DNA of 64,000 nt from a virus. Below are positions 1 to 8,661 of the stretch, one piece after another (position 1 is the first letter of the stretch; every line of letters begins with the position of its first letter). A program made the position numbers and the translations under genes. The stretch is taken from IMG/VR virus record IMGVR_UViG_3300033984_000416, positions 1 to 64,000 of that record. One strand, given 5' to 3'. The notes below the pieces were generated by a model, which was not told where the DNA came from, searched no databases, and saw only the letters and a list, made by a program, of their open reading frames with translations.

Positions 1-211
1 CTAGTAGTTCATCTAAACCAATCTTAGGGTTTTCACTGAATATCATATGGTAATTTAACGATTCATCGCCTTTTACCTTTTTAATATTAGCATCTTCTGG
101 AACTGTCCAACCTTCTTTGAATACAGCATCAACCAAAACTGTTCCATCTAAGTAACGGATACCGATAACATATGGTTGAAGTGAATCTAGGGTTTTTTGT
201 ATATTTGACAT
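1..211 (-). CDS. hypothetical phage protein, runs off the left edge (MSNIQKTLDSLQPYVIGIRYLDG...)
   Basis: Hand-translated: ATG at 211, open to position 2, A-rich upstream, 10 bp after the stop of the upstream gene. Not in the supplied ORF track. Confidence 0.75.
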   Translation of the reverse strand, partial: MSNIQKTLDSLQPYVIGIRYLDGTVLVDAVFKEGWTVPEDANIKKVKGDESLNYHMIFSENPKIGLDELL

Positions 212-221
212 AAGTTTTAGT

Positions 222-434
222 TTATAGTTTTATACCTGTAAAGATTACAGATAACAAATATGCGATAGAAACACCCAATATTATTAATGATGTGTTACTA
301 ATCCTATATTTTGTTGGTTCTTCTGGTGTAGAAGTAAAAAACGCTTGTATAAAATAGTAGGCATGTCTTACCACGTTTAACAACGACATAAAAAACGACA
401 TCATTAATAATTTATTGAGTATATCTACTAGCAT
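222..434 (-). CDS. small membrane protein with two hydrophobic segments (possible holin-like)
   Basis: Hydrophobic stretches LLMMSFFMSLLNVV and LIILGVSIAYLLSVIFTGI; tight operon packing. The holin role is only a guess. Confidence 0.65.
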   Translation of the reverse strand: MLVDILNKLLMMSFFMSLLNVVRHAYYFIQAFFTSTPEEPTKYRISNTSLIILGVSIAYLLSVIFTGIKL

Positions 435-439
435 ATTAA

Positions 440-622
440 TTAGTTTTTAGCGTCTTTGTTTTTAGCTGAAACGTCTTGTCTCAAAGCCTGTGATAATGTT
501 CTGATTTCTTGTAAACCTTTTCTAAGTCTTACACCAGCTGCTTTGTTACCTTTTTCGTAAAATTTGTTTGCGTCTTCTTCTAATCCAGCGATTAGAGCTT
601 TTAAATCATTAAATTTTTCCAT
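440..622 (-). CDS. Hc1/histone H1-like small basic DNA-binding protein (Bacteroidota type)
   Basis: LEEDANKFYEKGNKAAGVRLRKGLQEIRTLSQALRQDV matches the remembered Hc1-family signature KF..KGNKAAG.R.RK. Confidence 0.8.
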   Translation of the reverse strand: MEKFNDLKALIAGLEEDANKFYEKGNKAAGVRLRKGLQEIRTLSQALRQDVSAKNKDAKN

Positions 623-854
623 CTTGTTTTTCTTTTTTTTCTTCGTTATTGTTATTTTGTGAAATCATATCGTTAAATTTAGCGATAGTCATTTCTAATG
701 TGGCTAATTTACCCACAAGGTCTTTAATAGTGGTTGATTTCCAACCAATGTCACCCATAGTCGAAACTAGGGCTTGTTCTAAAGCGTCTTCCAATTTTAA
801 TTGTTCGGCTGATAGCTCTAAAAGTACTACGTTAAAAAGTCTTTCTGTTTTCAT
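609..854 (-). CDS. hypothetical coiled-coil protein
   Basis: Heptad-like Leu pattern; overlaps the Hc1 start by 14 bp. Confidence 0.65.
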   Translation of the reverse strand: MKTERLFNVVLLELSAEQLKLEDALEQALVSTMGDIGWKSTTIKDLVGKLATLEMTIAKFNDMISQNNNNEEKKEKQDGKI

Positions 855-904
855 AATGTAAAACTACTATATTATTAATTAAAATAAATAGTAAAACCTA
901 AAAT

Positions 905-1378
905 TTAGACAAATTTCAATGATTTTTCAAAAATACTGTAAATTTCAATAAGAGTATCGATGTCTGAATTGGTTTTTATCTTTGTATAATCAAAAACATC
1001 ATGCCAAATTCTAAGTAATCCTTTGTCGGTATAATCAAAAGGTTTTTTATCCGAATAACTGTAAAACACTTCAAGCATAAATTCTAAAAAATAATCATAT
1101 AGTCTAGGATTTATAAATATGATACCTTCTTCGGCAAAGTTAACTATATTTTTTTCCCAACACCATTTAAAATGATTTACTTGAGCCTCTGGGTTAGTTA
1201 CATCGTCACCTAAATATGTGTCGAATGCTAGTATCAATAATGATTGTACGAAATCACCATAAAGTTCACATTTCTCGAACTTTATATTGTTTGATGTGTA
1301 CAACATATTAATACTCTCTTTACTCATAGGGTTGTTAATATAGGCCAAGAAGCTTATTCTATCATATTTGTTATTCAT
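905..1378 (-). CDS. hypothetical protein
   Basis: 157-aa ORF with protein-like composition and A-rich upstream. Confidence 0.8.
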   Translation of the reverse strand: MNNKYDRISFLAYINNPMSKESINMLYTSNNIKFEKCELYGDFVQSLLILAFDTYLGDDVTNPEAQVNHFKWCWEKNIVNFAEEGIIFINPRLYDYFLEFMLEVFYSYSDKKPFDYTDKGLLRIWHDVFDYTKIKTNSDIDTLIEIYSIFEKSLKFV

Positions 1379-1425
1379 AGATTTAATTTTATTAGAATAT
1401 AATGGTTAACTTATAAAAATAAATA

Positions 1426-2043
1426 TTAAACGATGTCATTAGTTGTTATTAATGTGTAACTGAATGAGTTACCATGAATTAATTTTGCTTTGTTTATAAT
1501 TACCATAAATTCTTTGAAATCTTTGAGTCTTTTAAAGACTTGGCAACCTTCTGACCAATTTTCAACAAATTGAGATTCAGTCTTAGGGTTTGACCTATGG
1601 ATATTGATTCCAAAGACACCTTCTTCAAGTACAACTTCATCAAACGTCATATTTTTGTTTTTATCTCTATATACTTTAACCTTATTTTGTTGACATAGGG
1701 CTTCGTACTTGCCTTGATGTAATCCAACACGGTGTGAACCTCGATATTGGTTTGGAACTAATCTTGCAACACCTTTAGGGTTGTGGAATTCTAATATTGC
1801 TTTTGTACCTGGGTCTGTAGTTATAGCCCATTCATGATACTGCCATATACCGTTTTCTTTATATGACAACGTAATCACATCGTCAAATACATTAGTCACT
1901 TTCTTACCAACGATAAGATTTCTAACACCAACGATATTAACGTCAAAACCTTTATTATCTGTATCATCGAACCAAACATAACCTTTGGTTTCAACTGCTT
2001 TTTGTATTTTTTCTTTTGTATTCATATCTTTTATTTTATCCAA
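1426..2043 (-). CDS. L,D-transpeptidase (YkuD)-like His/Cys peptidoglycan enzyme (start may be 2025)
   Basis: GINIHR-x12-WSEGCQV resembles the YkuD H-x14-17-S-x-G-C catalytic motif; adjacent to the GH19 lysin. Confidence 0.55.
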   Translation of the reverse strand: MDKIKDMNTKEKIQKAVETKGYVWFDDTDNKGFDVNIVGVRNLIVGKKVTNVFDDVITLSYKENGIWQYHEWAITTDPGTKAILEFHNPKGVARLVPNQYRGSHRVGLHQGKYEALCQQNKVKVYRDKNKNMTFDEVVLEEGVFGINIHRSNPKTESQFVENWSEGCQVFKRLKDFKEFMVIINKAKLIHGNSFSYTLITTNDIV

Positions 2044-2642
2044 CTGTAATATCTTTTGGTTAGTGAGATTCTTTCTTCCAATCCTTTCTCACCACCATTT
2101 ATTTTACGTGTTAATTTAGTTATAACATCATCAGTAATACCTTTGTCACATATAGCCCATAATTTATTCGTTTGAAAAAAGAACATAGCTGATTCAAACG
2201 GAAATTCAGTTGCAACCAAGTCTGGTGTTGTTAATATTTCTGGTTTCTTTAAATAAGCCGACAATAACTTATAATTATCTTTACCCGTAGTTTGAAGAGC
2301 CCCTCGGCCTCTAAAAAAATACCCTTCACGAGATGCTTCGTTACCATTACCCATTCTGTTGGAATAAACTCTAGACGCTATCTTGATTGGTTGTCTAGCG
2401 TATAGTTCGGCCATATTCCCAGTAAAATATTTAGGAAATGTTGCAACTAAGCCTTTGGCTGAATAGTTTAGATTTTCATTAAAAACTTCAAAACCACCTG
2501 TTTCATGTGATGTTTGACCAAAGAAGTGTGCAGCTCTTATTGGTGTAAGTTTGTAATACTCCATCGCTTTTTTAAGTGTTGTTGGTCCAAACGAACCATC
2601 GGCTGGAGCACCAATTTTCTCTTGAAATTTAATTAGACTCAT
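2031..2642 (-). CDS. glycoside hydrolase family 19 endolysin
   Basis: AHFFGQTSHETGGF, ENLNYSA, FRGRGALQTTGKDNY, TRKINGG are GH19 phage lysozyme motifs; N-terminal FQEKIGAPADGSFGPTT is a PG-binding-like segment. Confidence 0.9.
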   Translation of the reverse strand: MSLIKFQEKIGAPADGSFGPTTLKKAMEYYKLTPIRAAHFFGQTSHETGGFEVFNENLNYSAKGLVATFPKYFTGNMAELYARQPIKIASRVYSNRMGNGNEASREGYFFRGRGALQTTGKDNYKLLSAYLKKPEILTTPDLVATEFPFESAMFFFQTNKLWAICDKGITDDVITKLTRKINGGEKGLEERISLTKRYYSWIK

Positions 2643-2656
2643 AGTATGTGTTTTAT

Positions 2657-2675
2657 TATAAATATCCTATAAATA
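2657..2675 (-). promoter_or_regulatory. two tandem TATTTATA motifs (2657-2664, 2668-2675), putative late promoter of the lysin operon
   Basis: Sense GATATTTATA, 14 nt before the ATG at 2642, directly after a terminator. Confidence 0.65.
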
Positions 2676-2702
2676 AAAAAACCACTCGATTTGAGTGGTT
2701 TT
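2675..2702 (-). terminator. intrinsic terminator
   Basis: Stem ACCACTC/GAGTGGT, 5-nt loop, U-run on the minus strand. Confidence 0.85.
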
Positions 2703-2719
2703 AGTATTTTATATTTTAA

Positions 2720-4840
2720 TTACATTCCTGTGTTACCACATTGTGCTAATTCAGCTTCTAAACGGTTAACTTTTCTTTTTAGTTTGTTTACTATATTAGC
2801 TTCATCACCCATTCCTTCTTCGTCATATGATTCGTCCATTTCGTCTTCATCATCTTCACCACCCATTTCTTCAGCATATTTAGCTGGGTTCATTTTAGCT
2901 CTTTCTTTATCCTCTACAGGAACTAAGATTGGACTAGGACCAGCACCGATGATGTAATAATCGCCTGTTGATTTGCTAACCATAAGTCTTGCACCACTAG
3001 CTTTTGGAGCTGCTGGAACTTTAACATCATCTTCATCGTCAGTATCGGTTGGAACATCACCAGAAATATCAGTATCAGCTGGTTCGGCATCAACATCACC
3101 ATCTTCGTCATCAGATTTATTCCAATCATCATTACCTTCTTCTTCTTCACCTTCTTCTTCATTTTCATTGATGTCAATGTTAAGTTCTTTTGCTGGATTT
3201 GGTAATTTACCTTTGTCGTCACCCATATTGTAGTCAACATCTTCTTCTTCTTCTTCTTCTTCACTTTCATTGATTGGTGCAAATACTTTACCGTTTAAAG
3301 TAAGACCTTCACCCATGTGTATGTGTTTTTTCGCTTCAGCAGCGTGAGGAACGTTGATATCTTCCCAATGACCTTTTTTAGTTGATACTGCATTTGTACC
3401 TTTTTCAGTTGGAACCGTTTCAGTAGCTTCAGTTGTTACTTCTTCTGCTTCTTCTGTTTCATCTTCTTCTGTTTCTTCTGTTTCGTCATCGTTAAATGAT
3501 TCATTCATTTTGATATGTTTTTTTGCTTCAGCAGCTTGAGTACCGTTTGCATCTTCCCAGTTACCTTTTTTAGGAGCTGGTGCTTTTGTACCTTTATCTG
3601 TAGATACAGAACCTTCTACATGTTTAGTAGCTTCTGGTGCAGATTTTTTAATGTCTTCTAAGTTACCTTTTTTAGGAGCTGGAGCTTTCGTTCCTTTTTC
3701 TGTAGATACAGAACCTTCAACGTGTTTCTTAGCTTCTGGTGCGTGTTTAACAGCTTTGTCTAAATCACCTTCAGTTGCATCTTGGTCTTCAATATCATCA
3801 CCTTCTAAAAGAGCTTTTGATTTGTTCCAGATATTACTGAAAACAGCGTTTTCATTAAGTCTATCATTACCTTTAACCAATCCAAGAGTTTCTTGTGATT
3901 TGTAACCCCAAAGGTGTTTCATTTTTTGCATATCTTCATTAACCATTTTCTTGTCAGATGCTGTTAATACTACTGCTCTACCTTCAGAAAGTGTTCCTTC
4001 CCAACGGATTGTGTAAGTTTCGTTACCATCAGTCATTTCGAATTGTTTGTTATCCGTTCTATATGATTCTGGTATCATGTTAAGTGCATTTCCAACACCG
4101 TTAAACTCTTTTTTAAATTTAAGTCTTTTCATTGATTCTTTTATTTTTGGTTTATTGTTATCTTCTTTATTATCTTCTTTAGCTTCATCGCTATTTTCAA
4201 AATCGTATCGGTCTGCATCACCATAAGGTTTACCACCTTCGATATCTCTACTAGCTGAAGCTTCAGCACCTTCATTAGTATATGCAGAGTGTTTTCTCAT
4301 AGCTTTTGTTGGGTTTGGATTTGGGATAATCACATCACCAAAACTCAATAAATTATCCGTTGCTTTTGCTCTTTCTTCAGCTGAATCTTCAGCGTTTTTA
4401 AGTTTAGTCTTACCAAAGTCATCAGATGATGAACCTTGTGATGCTTCAGCGTTACCCATATCTTTACCACCTTTGTTACCCATTCTAGAACTTCCTTCTA
4501 AAGCTTCTTTAGCTCTATCTTTAAAGTCTTTGTTTGGTTCTCTATCGTATTCGTTCATTTCTGTACCGTTTTCGATTTCCATCTTGTCATGGTATTGTTT
4601 TTCTTTGTCTCCGTTGTAGTTGAATTTGTTCGTACCCATTTTACCAGAATCTTTATCTGATTTAACGTTTTTCTCGTAACTAGTTACATCTTTCGCAATA
4701 GCTTTAACACCAGCTTTGTTAACTTCACCAGATTTTTTAGTCACAGCTTTAGTGACGTTAATACCAGGAGTACTAGCTTCGTCTTTAGCTTCAGACAAGA
4801 ATCTTTCAGTTAAGTGTTGTTTTATTATATTTTTATCCAT
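2720..4840 (-). CDS. 706-aa acidic low-complexity protein, putative internal head/scaffold protein
   Basis: Very D/E/K-rich, poly-E tracts, 34-aa internal repeats, many hydrophobic-x-E motifs, late motif upstream. Confidence 0.6.
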   Translation of the reverse strand: MDKNIIKQHLTERFLSEAKDEASTPGINVTKAVTKKSGEVNKAGVKAIAKDVTSYEKNVKSDKDSGKMGTNKFNYNGDKEKQYHDKMEIENGTEMNEYDREPNKDFKDRAKEALEGSSRMGNKGGKDMGNAEASQGSSSDDFGKTKLKNAEDSAEERAKATDNLLSFGDVIIPNPNPTKAMRKHSAYTNEGAEASASRDIEGGKPYGDADRYDFENSDEAKEDNKEDNNKPKIKESMKRLKFKKEFNGVGNALNMIPESYRTDNKQFEMTDGNETYTIRWEGTLSEGRAVVLTASDKKMVNEDMQKMKHLWGYKSQETLGLVKGNDRLNENAVFSNIWNKSKALLEGDDIEDQDATEGDLDKAVKHAPEAKKHVEGSVSTEKGTKAPAPKKGNLEDIKKSAPEATKHVEGSVSTDKGTKAPAPKKGNWEDANGTQAAEAKKHIKMNESFNDDETEETEEDETEEAEEVTTEATETVPTEKGTNAVSTKKGHWEDINVPHAAEAKKHIHMGEGLTLNGKVFAPINESEEEEEEEDVDYNMGDDKGKLPNPAKELNIDINENEEEGEEEEGNDDWNKSDDEDGDVDAEPADTDISGDVPTDTDDEDDVKVPAAPKASGARLMVSKSTGDYYIIGAGPSPILVPVEDKERAKMNPAKYAEEMGGEDDEDEMDESYDEEGMGDEANIVNKLKRKVNRLEAELAQCGNTGM
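3310..3790 (-). repeat. ~34-aa (102-bp) coding repeat, about 4 degenerate copies
   Basis: APEAKKHVEGSVSTEKGTKAPAPKKGN / APEATKHVEGSVSTDKGTKAPAPKKGN / AAEAKKHI / TVPTEKGTNAVSTKKGH..AAEAKKHI; DNA blocks at 3561 and 3663 are near-identical. Confidence 0.9.
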
Positions 4841-4855
4841 CTTATTTGATTTTAT

Positions 4856-4863
4856 TATAAATA
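4856..4863 (-). promoter_or_regulatory. TATTTATA putative late promoter
   Basis: GATATTTATA, 15 nt before the ATG at 4840. Confidence 0.65.
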
Positions 4864-4884
4864 TCTTAGTTTTTTGTAAAGTTG

Positions 4885-6402
4885 TTATGCTTTAGTGTTT
4901 TTTGCTACAATAATAGATTTTATCTCATCAATTGTTTTACCAGTCTTTTTAGCGATTGCCTCGTATATTTGGTTTTCACTCAATGATGGTGCATTTACGT
5001 TACCTTTTGTTTTCTTAACACTAACCACGTTATCAACAGCACCAGCACTACAACCAGTACCAGCTGGTTTATTATTCAAGTCAACACAATCGTTGAATTC
5101 AACGAAGCCACCACCAGACCATTGGGTTTTATTGTGAGCTTCACTTCCTTCTTTGACAACTGGTACCTTGGTTTGACCAACCCTAGCTATTTTTTTCTTT
5201 ATTAAAGGGTCATCACTAAATAAACCAGCAGAACCTGTGTATTGACCAGTAGTACTGCTACCAATACTACCATCACCACCAACAGTACCAGTTGTTTCTT
5301 CTAGATTTTGTGTTTTTTCTATTTCCCTTTTTGCTAATTCAGCATCTCTAATTGCTTTTAATTTTGCAACCATAGCGTTGTGTTCTTCTGGTGTTTTTTC
5401 TACACCTTTCTTAGGAGTCATAGCAGCACTAGTGTTTGCTTTAAATGTATGGTAAGCATCAATAGCATCATCTTCGTTTAAAGGGAAATCCAAAGCGTTG
5501 AATATCGCTTGGTCTTTATCGTATATATCCAATAAATCTTGTTTTAATGGTTCATCAATTTGTATAAGTCTGAATTTACCACTATCCCACGCATTTAAAC
5601 CGTATCCAACTTCGTTTTTATGTTTCGCAGCAAAGTTACTTACAAATTCACTACTTAAAGGTTTTTCTGATAAATCACCATATAAGAATACAAAGTAATT
5701 TTTTCCATCAGTTAAGATACTGATTTCGTAGTTGCTACCAATAGTTTTTAATGGCCCGTTTATTTCAGCGAAGTTTTCTTCTTCTTCTTCATCGTCTTCA
5801 TAATTATCTTCTTGGTTCCATGGAGCGTTAGGGTCGTGTTCAGCACCAGCTGGATAGTTTTCAGTTTCTAACTCCATGTTAGATGTGCCAGTCATTGCGT
5901 TAAGTTCGTCTTCAATAGCTTGTTTAGCTTGTTCTGGACTACCACTAGATTTAGATAATTTGAATCTACCGTCTTTTTTAACTATAAGTTTTTTAGATAA
6001 TAATTCGTCAGTGATTTCATCAAATGTCAAAACACTACCTTTTGGATTTTTAAATTGTGGAAAGTCTTTTGTCTCACCATATAAGTAATGAATAAGTTCA
6101 ATCACTTTACCTTGTACTTTATCTTCACCTTCCATCATTGGTTCTTTAAATTTACCTTGTGCACTTTTTGGAATTCCAAGTGCATCTTTTTTAATATTGA
6201 ATGGTTTTTCTTCTTCTAGGGTTTTAACACTACCAGCTGGTAGAGCTTTAGACATAGCTTTATCAACTCTAGCTAATCCACCTTTTACAACTGGCATCTT
6301 AGGCATTGCTGTTTCATTTATTACTTTAGATGCAAATATTCTATTGTATTGTTCTTTGGTGATTTTAACCAAACGTTTTCCGTTTTCTTTATTTTGTTCC
6401 AT
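4885..6402 (-). CDS. 505-aa acidic protein, putative head-associated protein
   Basis: Long ORF; N-terminal KITKEQYNRI; hydrophobic-x-E motifs (INE, MME, LNE, LEE, VKE, LSE). Confidence 0.55.
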   Translation of the reverse strand: MEQNKENGKRLVKITKEQYNRIFASKVINETAMPKMPVVKGGLARVDKAMSKALPAGSVKTLEEEKPFNIKKDALGIPKSAQGKFKEPMMEGEDKVQGKVIELIHYLYGETKDFPQFKNPKGSVLTFDEITDELLSKKLIVKKDGRFKLSKSSGSPEQAKQAIEDELNAMTGTSNMELETENYPAGAEHDPNAPWNQEDNYEDDEEEEENFAEINGPLKTIGSNYEISILTDGKNYFVFLYGDLSEKPLSSEFVSNFAAKHKNEVGYGLNAWDSGKFRLIQIDEPLKQDLLDIYDKDQAIFNALDFPLNEDDAIDAYHTFKANTSAAMTPKKGVEKTPEEHNAMVAKLKAIRDAELAKREIEKTQNLEETTGTVGGDGSIGSSTTGQYTGSAGLFSDDPLIKKKIARVGQTKVPVVKEGSEAHNKTQWSGGGFVEFNDCVDLNNKPAGTGCSAGAVDNVVSVKKTKGNVNAPSLSENQIYEAIAKKTGKTIDEIKSIIVAKNTKA

Positions 6403-6409
6403 AATATAG

Positions 6410-6661
6410 TTAGCTAGTTTTATTTGTTAAGTTATTTCTCCAAACGCCTCTTTGAGTCCATAGAGTCTTGTATAGTTGTGTGATAACATTTCTAGTAATC
6501 TCAACAACCTTATCGTCCAATTCTTTATTGTCTTTAAGTTTATCCTTAACAATTTTCTCTATCTTACTCTTAAATGCTTGGCTGTCCATAGAAACTTTAA
6601 TTTCTTTGGTGATATCAGCTTTCGTAAGATTTTCGTTAATTTTTTTTATATTTTTAGACAT
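6410..6661 (-). CDS. hypothetical K/E-rich protein (start revised to MSKNIKKINE at 6661)
   Basis: The longer track start lies across the upstream motif and terminator; ATG 6661 is 14 nt after TATTTATA. Confidence 0.7.
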   Translation of the reverse strand: MSKNIKKINENLTKADITKEIKVSMDSQAFKSKIEKIVKDKLKDNKELDDKVVEITRNVITQLYKTLWTQRGVWRNNLTNKTS

Positions 6662-6675
6662 AGTATTGTTTTTAT

Positions 6676-6683
6676 TATAAATA
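6676..6683 (-). promoter_or_regulatory. TATTTATA putative late promoter
   Basis: AATATTTATA, directly after terminator 6696-6720, 14 nt before the ATG. Confidence 0.65.
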
Positions 6684-6695
6684 TTATGTTTTAAC

Positions 6696-6720
6696 AAAAA
6701 AAGCCCTATTATGGGCTTTT
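6696..6720 (-). terminator. intrinsic terminator
   Basis: AAAAGCCC-TATTAT-GGGCTTTT with flanking A/T runs. Confidence 0.8.
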
Positions 6721-6742
6721 ATTTATTTAATGTGTAAATAGG

Positions 6743-7381
6743 TTACAATAAATCTAATCTATTCGTTTTTAATGTTAATTTATATTTCAACAAAGACTTG
6801 TCATCATAGTTTAATTCACCAAAATCTATCTTGCTTATTAAACAATCACCTAAAGCAATTTTTTCGTAAACAACTCCAGTTGCATCCAGAAGTTCAATAT
6901 CTAAATTAAATTCTTTTTCTTTAAAAAACCATTCATTAATTGTTTTTATATTTGTTTTAGTTTTTGAATTCCCTATATAATCTATCATCTCTAACTCAAA
7001 ATCACTAATATATGTGTTGGTTCTGAAGTGAAAACCTAAAAGAGCAACTCTTTCATTTTTAATTATTGGTAGATTTATACTAGCAACAAAGAATGGTTTT
7101 ATTTTCATTTCTTCTGGAAATTTAACCAGAAATCTATTTCTGGTTTTTGGTTCAAAATTTGGCGGTACTAGCATTGATTTACTAGCACCAACTTTTCTTA
7201 TTTCAGCCAATGGATTTTTCTTACCAGTTAATTTTTCATATTTTGGGTTAGGTTCTCCAGTCTGTGGGTCATACATAGGTATATCTGTTAATGTTGGTGG
7301 ATAAGGACCAACTATACCTTGGTTATTTTTCGCTGGTTTTTGTGTAATCGATTCTTTTTTTGTTTGAAACTCTTTCTTCAT
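6743..7381 (-). CDS. divergent tail-tube (T4 gp19-like) paralog with Pro-rich N-terminal extension
   Basis: FEPKTRNRFLVKFP, LLDATGVVYEK..L.DCLI..IDFGELNY, LTLKTNR resemble tube-protein motifs of large myoviruses. Confidence 0.55.
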   Translation of the reverse strand: MKKEFQTKKESITQKPAKNNQGIVGPYPPTLTDIPMYDPQTGEPNPKYEKLTGKKNPLAEIRKVGASKSMLVPPNFEPKTRNRFLVKFPEEMKIKPFFVASINLPIIKNERVALLGFHFRTNTYISDFELEMIDYIGNSKTKTNIKTINEWFFKEKEFNLDIELLDATGVVYEKIALGDCLISKIDFGELNYDDKSLLKYKLTLKTNRLDLL

Positions 7382-7384
7382 TGT

Positions 7385-7849
7385 TTATGGTTTTAATAGT
7401 AGAACTAGTATTGGCAGCACCACGGCACCGATGAATCCAAATACTTTATATGTTTTTTGTTTTCTGATTTCTTTTTTTTGGTCAGCAACAACTTTATTTA
7501 TGATTGCTAGCTCTTCATCTTTGATTTTAAGCATAGCATTTAGATTTGTTATTTGTTGCACATAATTAATACTTTTTAATTGATAGTCTTTGATTATTTT
7601 AACTTGCAATTGAATTGTATTTTGGTTAATACCATCTCTTACCATGTAAACATTAAGAAGACTATCAACAATTTCTTTATCTAAGATTTCAGCTAGGATA
7701 AATTTAGCGTCAACCATTTTCATTTGGATTATTGTATCTCCTTTTGAATTAACGAGTGCTTGAACTCTCGGCTCTTTTATCGAGATATTTTGTGAATGCA
7801 TTGGCAACGCCATTAGCAGACAAACGATTAACGTTACTAGGTATTTCAT
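7385..7849 (-). CDS. exported coiled-coil protein with C-terminal membrane anchor (spanin-like candidate)
   Basis: Signal-like N-terminus MKYLVTLIVCLLMALPMHSQ; C-terminal VFGFIGAVVLPILVLLL; overlaps the upstream gene by 101 bp. Confidence 0.5.
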   Translation of the reverse strand: MKYLVTLIVCLLMALPMHSQNISIKEPRVQALVNSKGDTIIQMKMVDAKFILAEILDKEIVDSLLNVYMVRDGINQNTIQLQVKIIKDYQLKSINYVQQITNLNAMLKIKDEELAIINKVVADQKKEIRKQKTYKVFGFIGAVVLPILVLLLKP

Positions 7850-8132
7850 GTCTTTTTTTGTTTAATTTATCTAATTGTGATTGTGTAGAAGCTAATTTAG
7901 CTTCGTTTATTTTTACCTTACCTTGAAGCCCACAAATAAGAGCGTCTAGATTTTTATTTGCAGAGTTAAGGCTATCATTTTTACTTGCTAAGTCAGCACT
8001 GATTTTTTCTAATCTTTCGATATCTGCTTTATATTGTGTTGGTATTGATTTTTGACCAGCGATAAAACTAATGATTAAAGCAACAGCCAACACTACAATA
8101 AATATTGATTTAAAATCGTATTTTGCGTTCAT
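7749..8132 (-). CDS. N-terminally anchored coiled-coil protein (i-spanin-like candidate)
   Basis: SIFIVVLAVALIISFIAG transmembrane segment followed by a long heptad region. Confidence 0.5.
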   Translation of the reverse strand: MNAKYDFKSIFIVVLAVALIISFIAGQKSIPTQYKADIERLEKISADLASKNDSLNSANKNLDALICGLQGKVKINEAKLASTQSQLDKLNKKRHEIPSNVNRLSANGVANAFTKYLDKRAESSSTR

Positions 8133-8656
8133 TATTTATTTGATTTATATTCATTTGTTAGTTTTAAATACCATTCATCAGCCCAAACCTTGTAGTATCC
8201 TTTAAGTTTTTTCAATAAGTCGATAACATCGTCATCTAAGTCGTTTGAACCTTGCATCTCTAGTTTAACTTCACGAGCATTCAATGCCATGGTAAAATGA
8301 ATACCAGAGTTTTCATTTTCATTTCTTAAGAATGCCCCTTCAATCATTATGTTGTCGTCCGATGGGTATATTTTAAAATTTGTAATCTTTGCACTAGCGT
8401 TAACAGTATCTTGTAATTTTTTTAATTCGTCATTGAATACAGCGTCACCACTTACAGGTGAAATAGTGTCTTCACTTTCTTTTTCTATACCTTCTTCTTC
8501 AGTAGGTTCTGGTAAATCATCACCAGCTACTGTTTCAGCATCTTCAACTTCGGTTTCTGATTGTTCAACTTCTTCAGTTACCAAAGTTTTAAAACCATTT
8601 CTGATGGAATCCATCATTTTTTTGGTCATATCGTGTTCATTAATGTTTTCTTTCAT
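8132..8656 (-). CDS. acidic hypothetical protein
   Basis: 174-aa ORF with 1-bp stop/start coupling to the next gene; INE/VTE motifs. Confidence 0.75.
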   Translation of the reverse strand: MKENINEHDMTKKMMDSIRNGFKTLVTEEVEQSETEVEDAETVAGDDLPEPTEEEGIEKESEDTISPVSGDAVFNDELKKLQDTVNASAKITNFKIYPSDDNIMIEGAFLRNENENSGIHFTMALNAREVKLEMQGSNDLDDDVIDLLKKLKGYYKVWADEWYLKLTNEYKSNK

Positions 8657-8661
8657 AGTTT

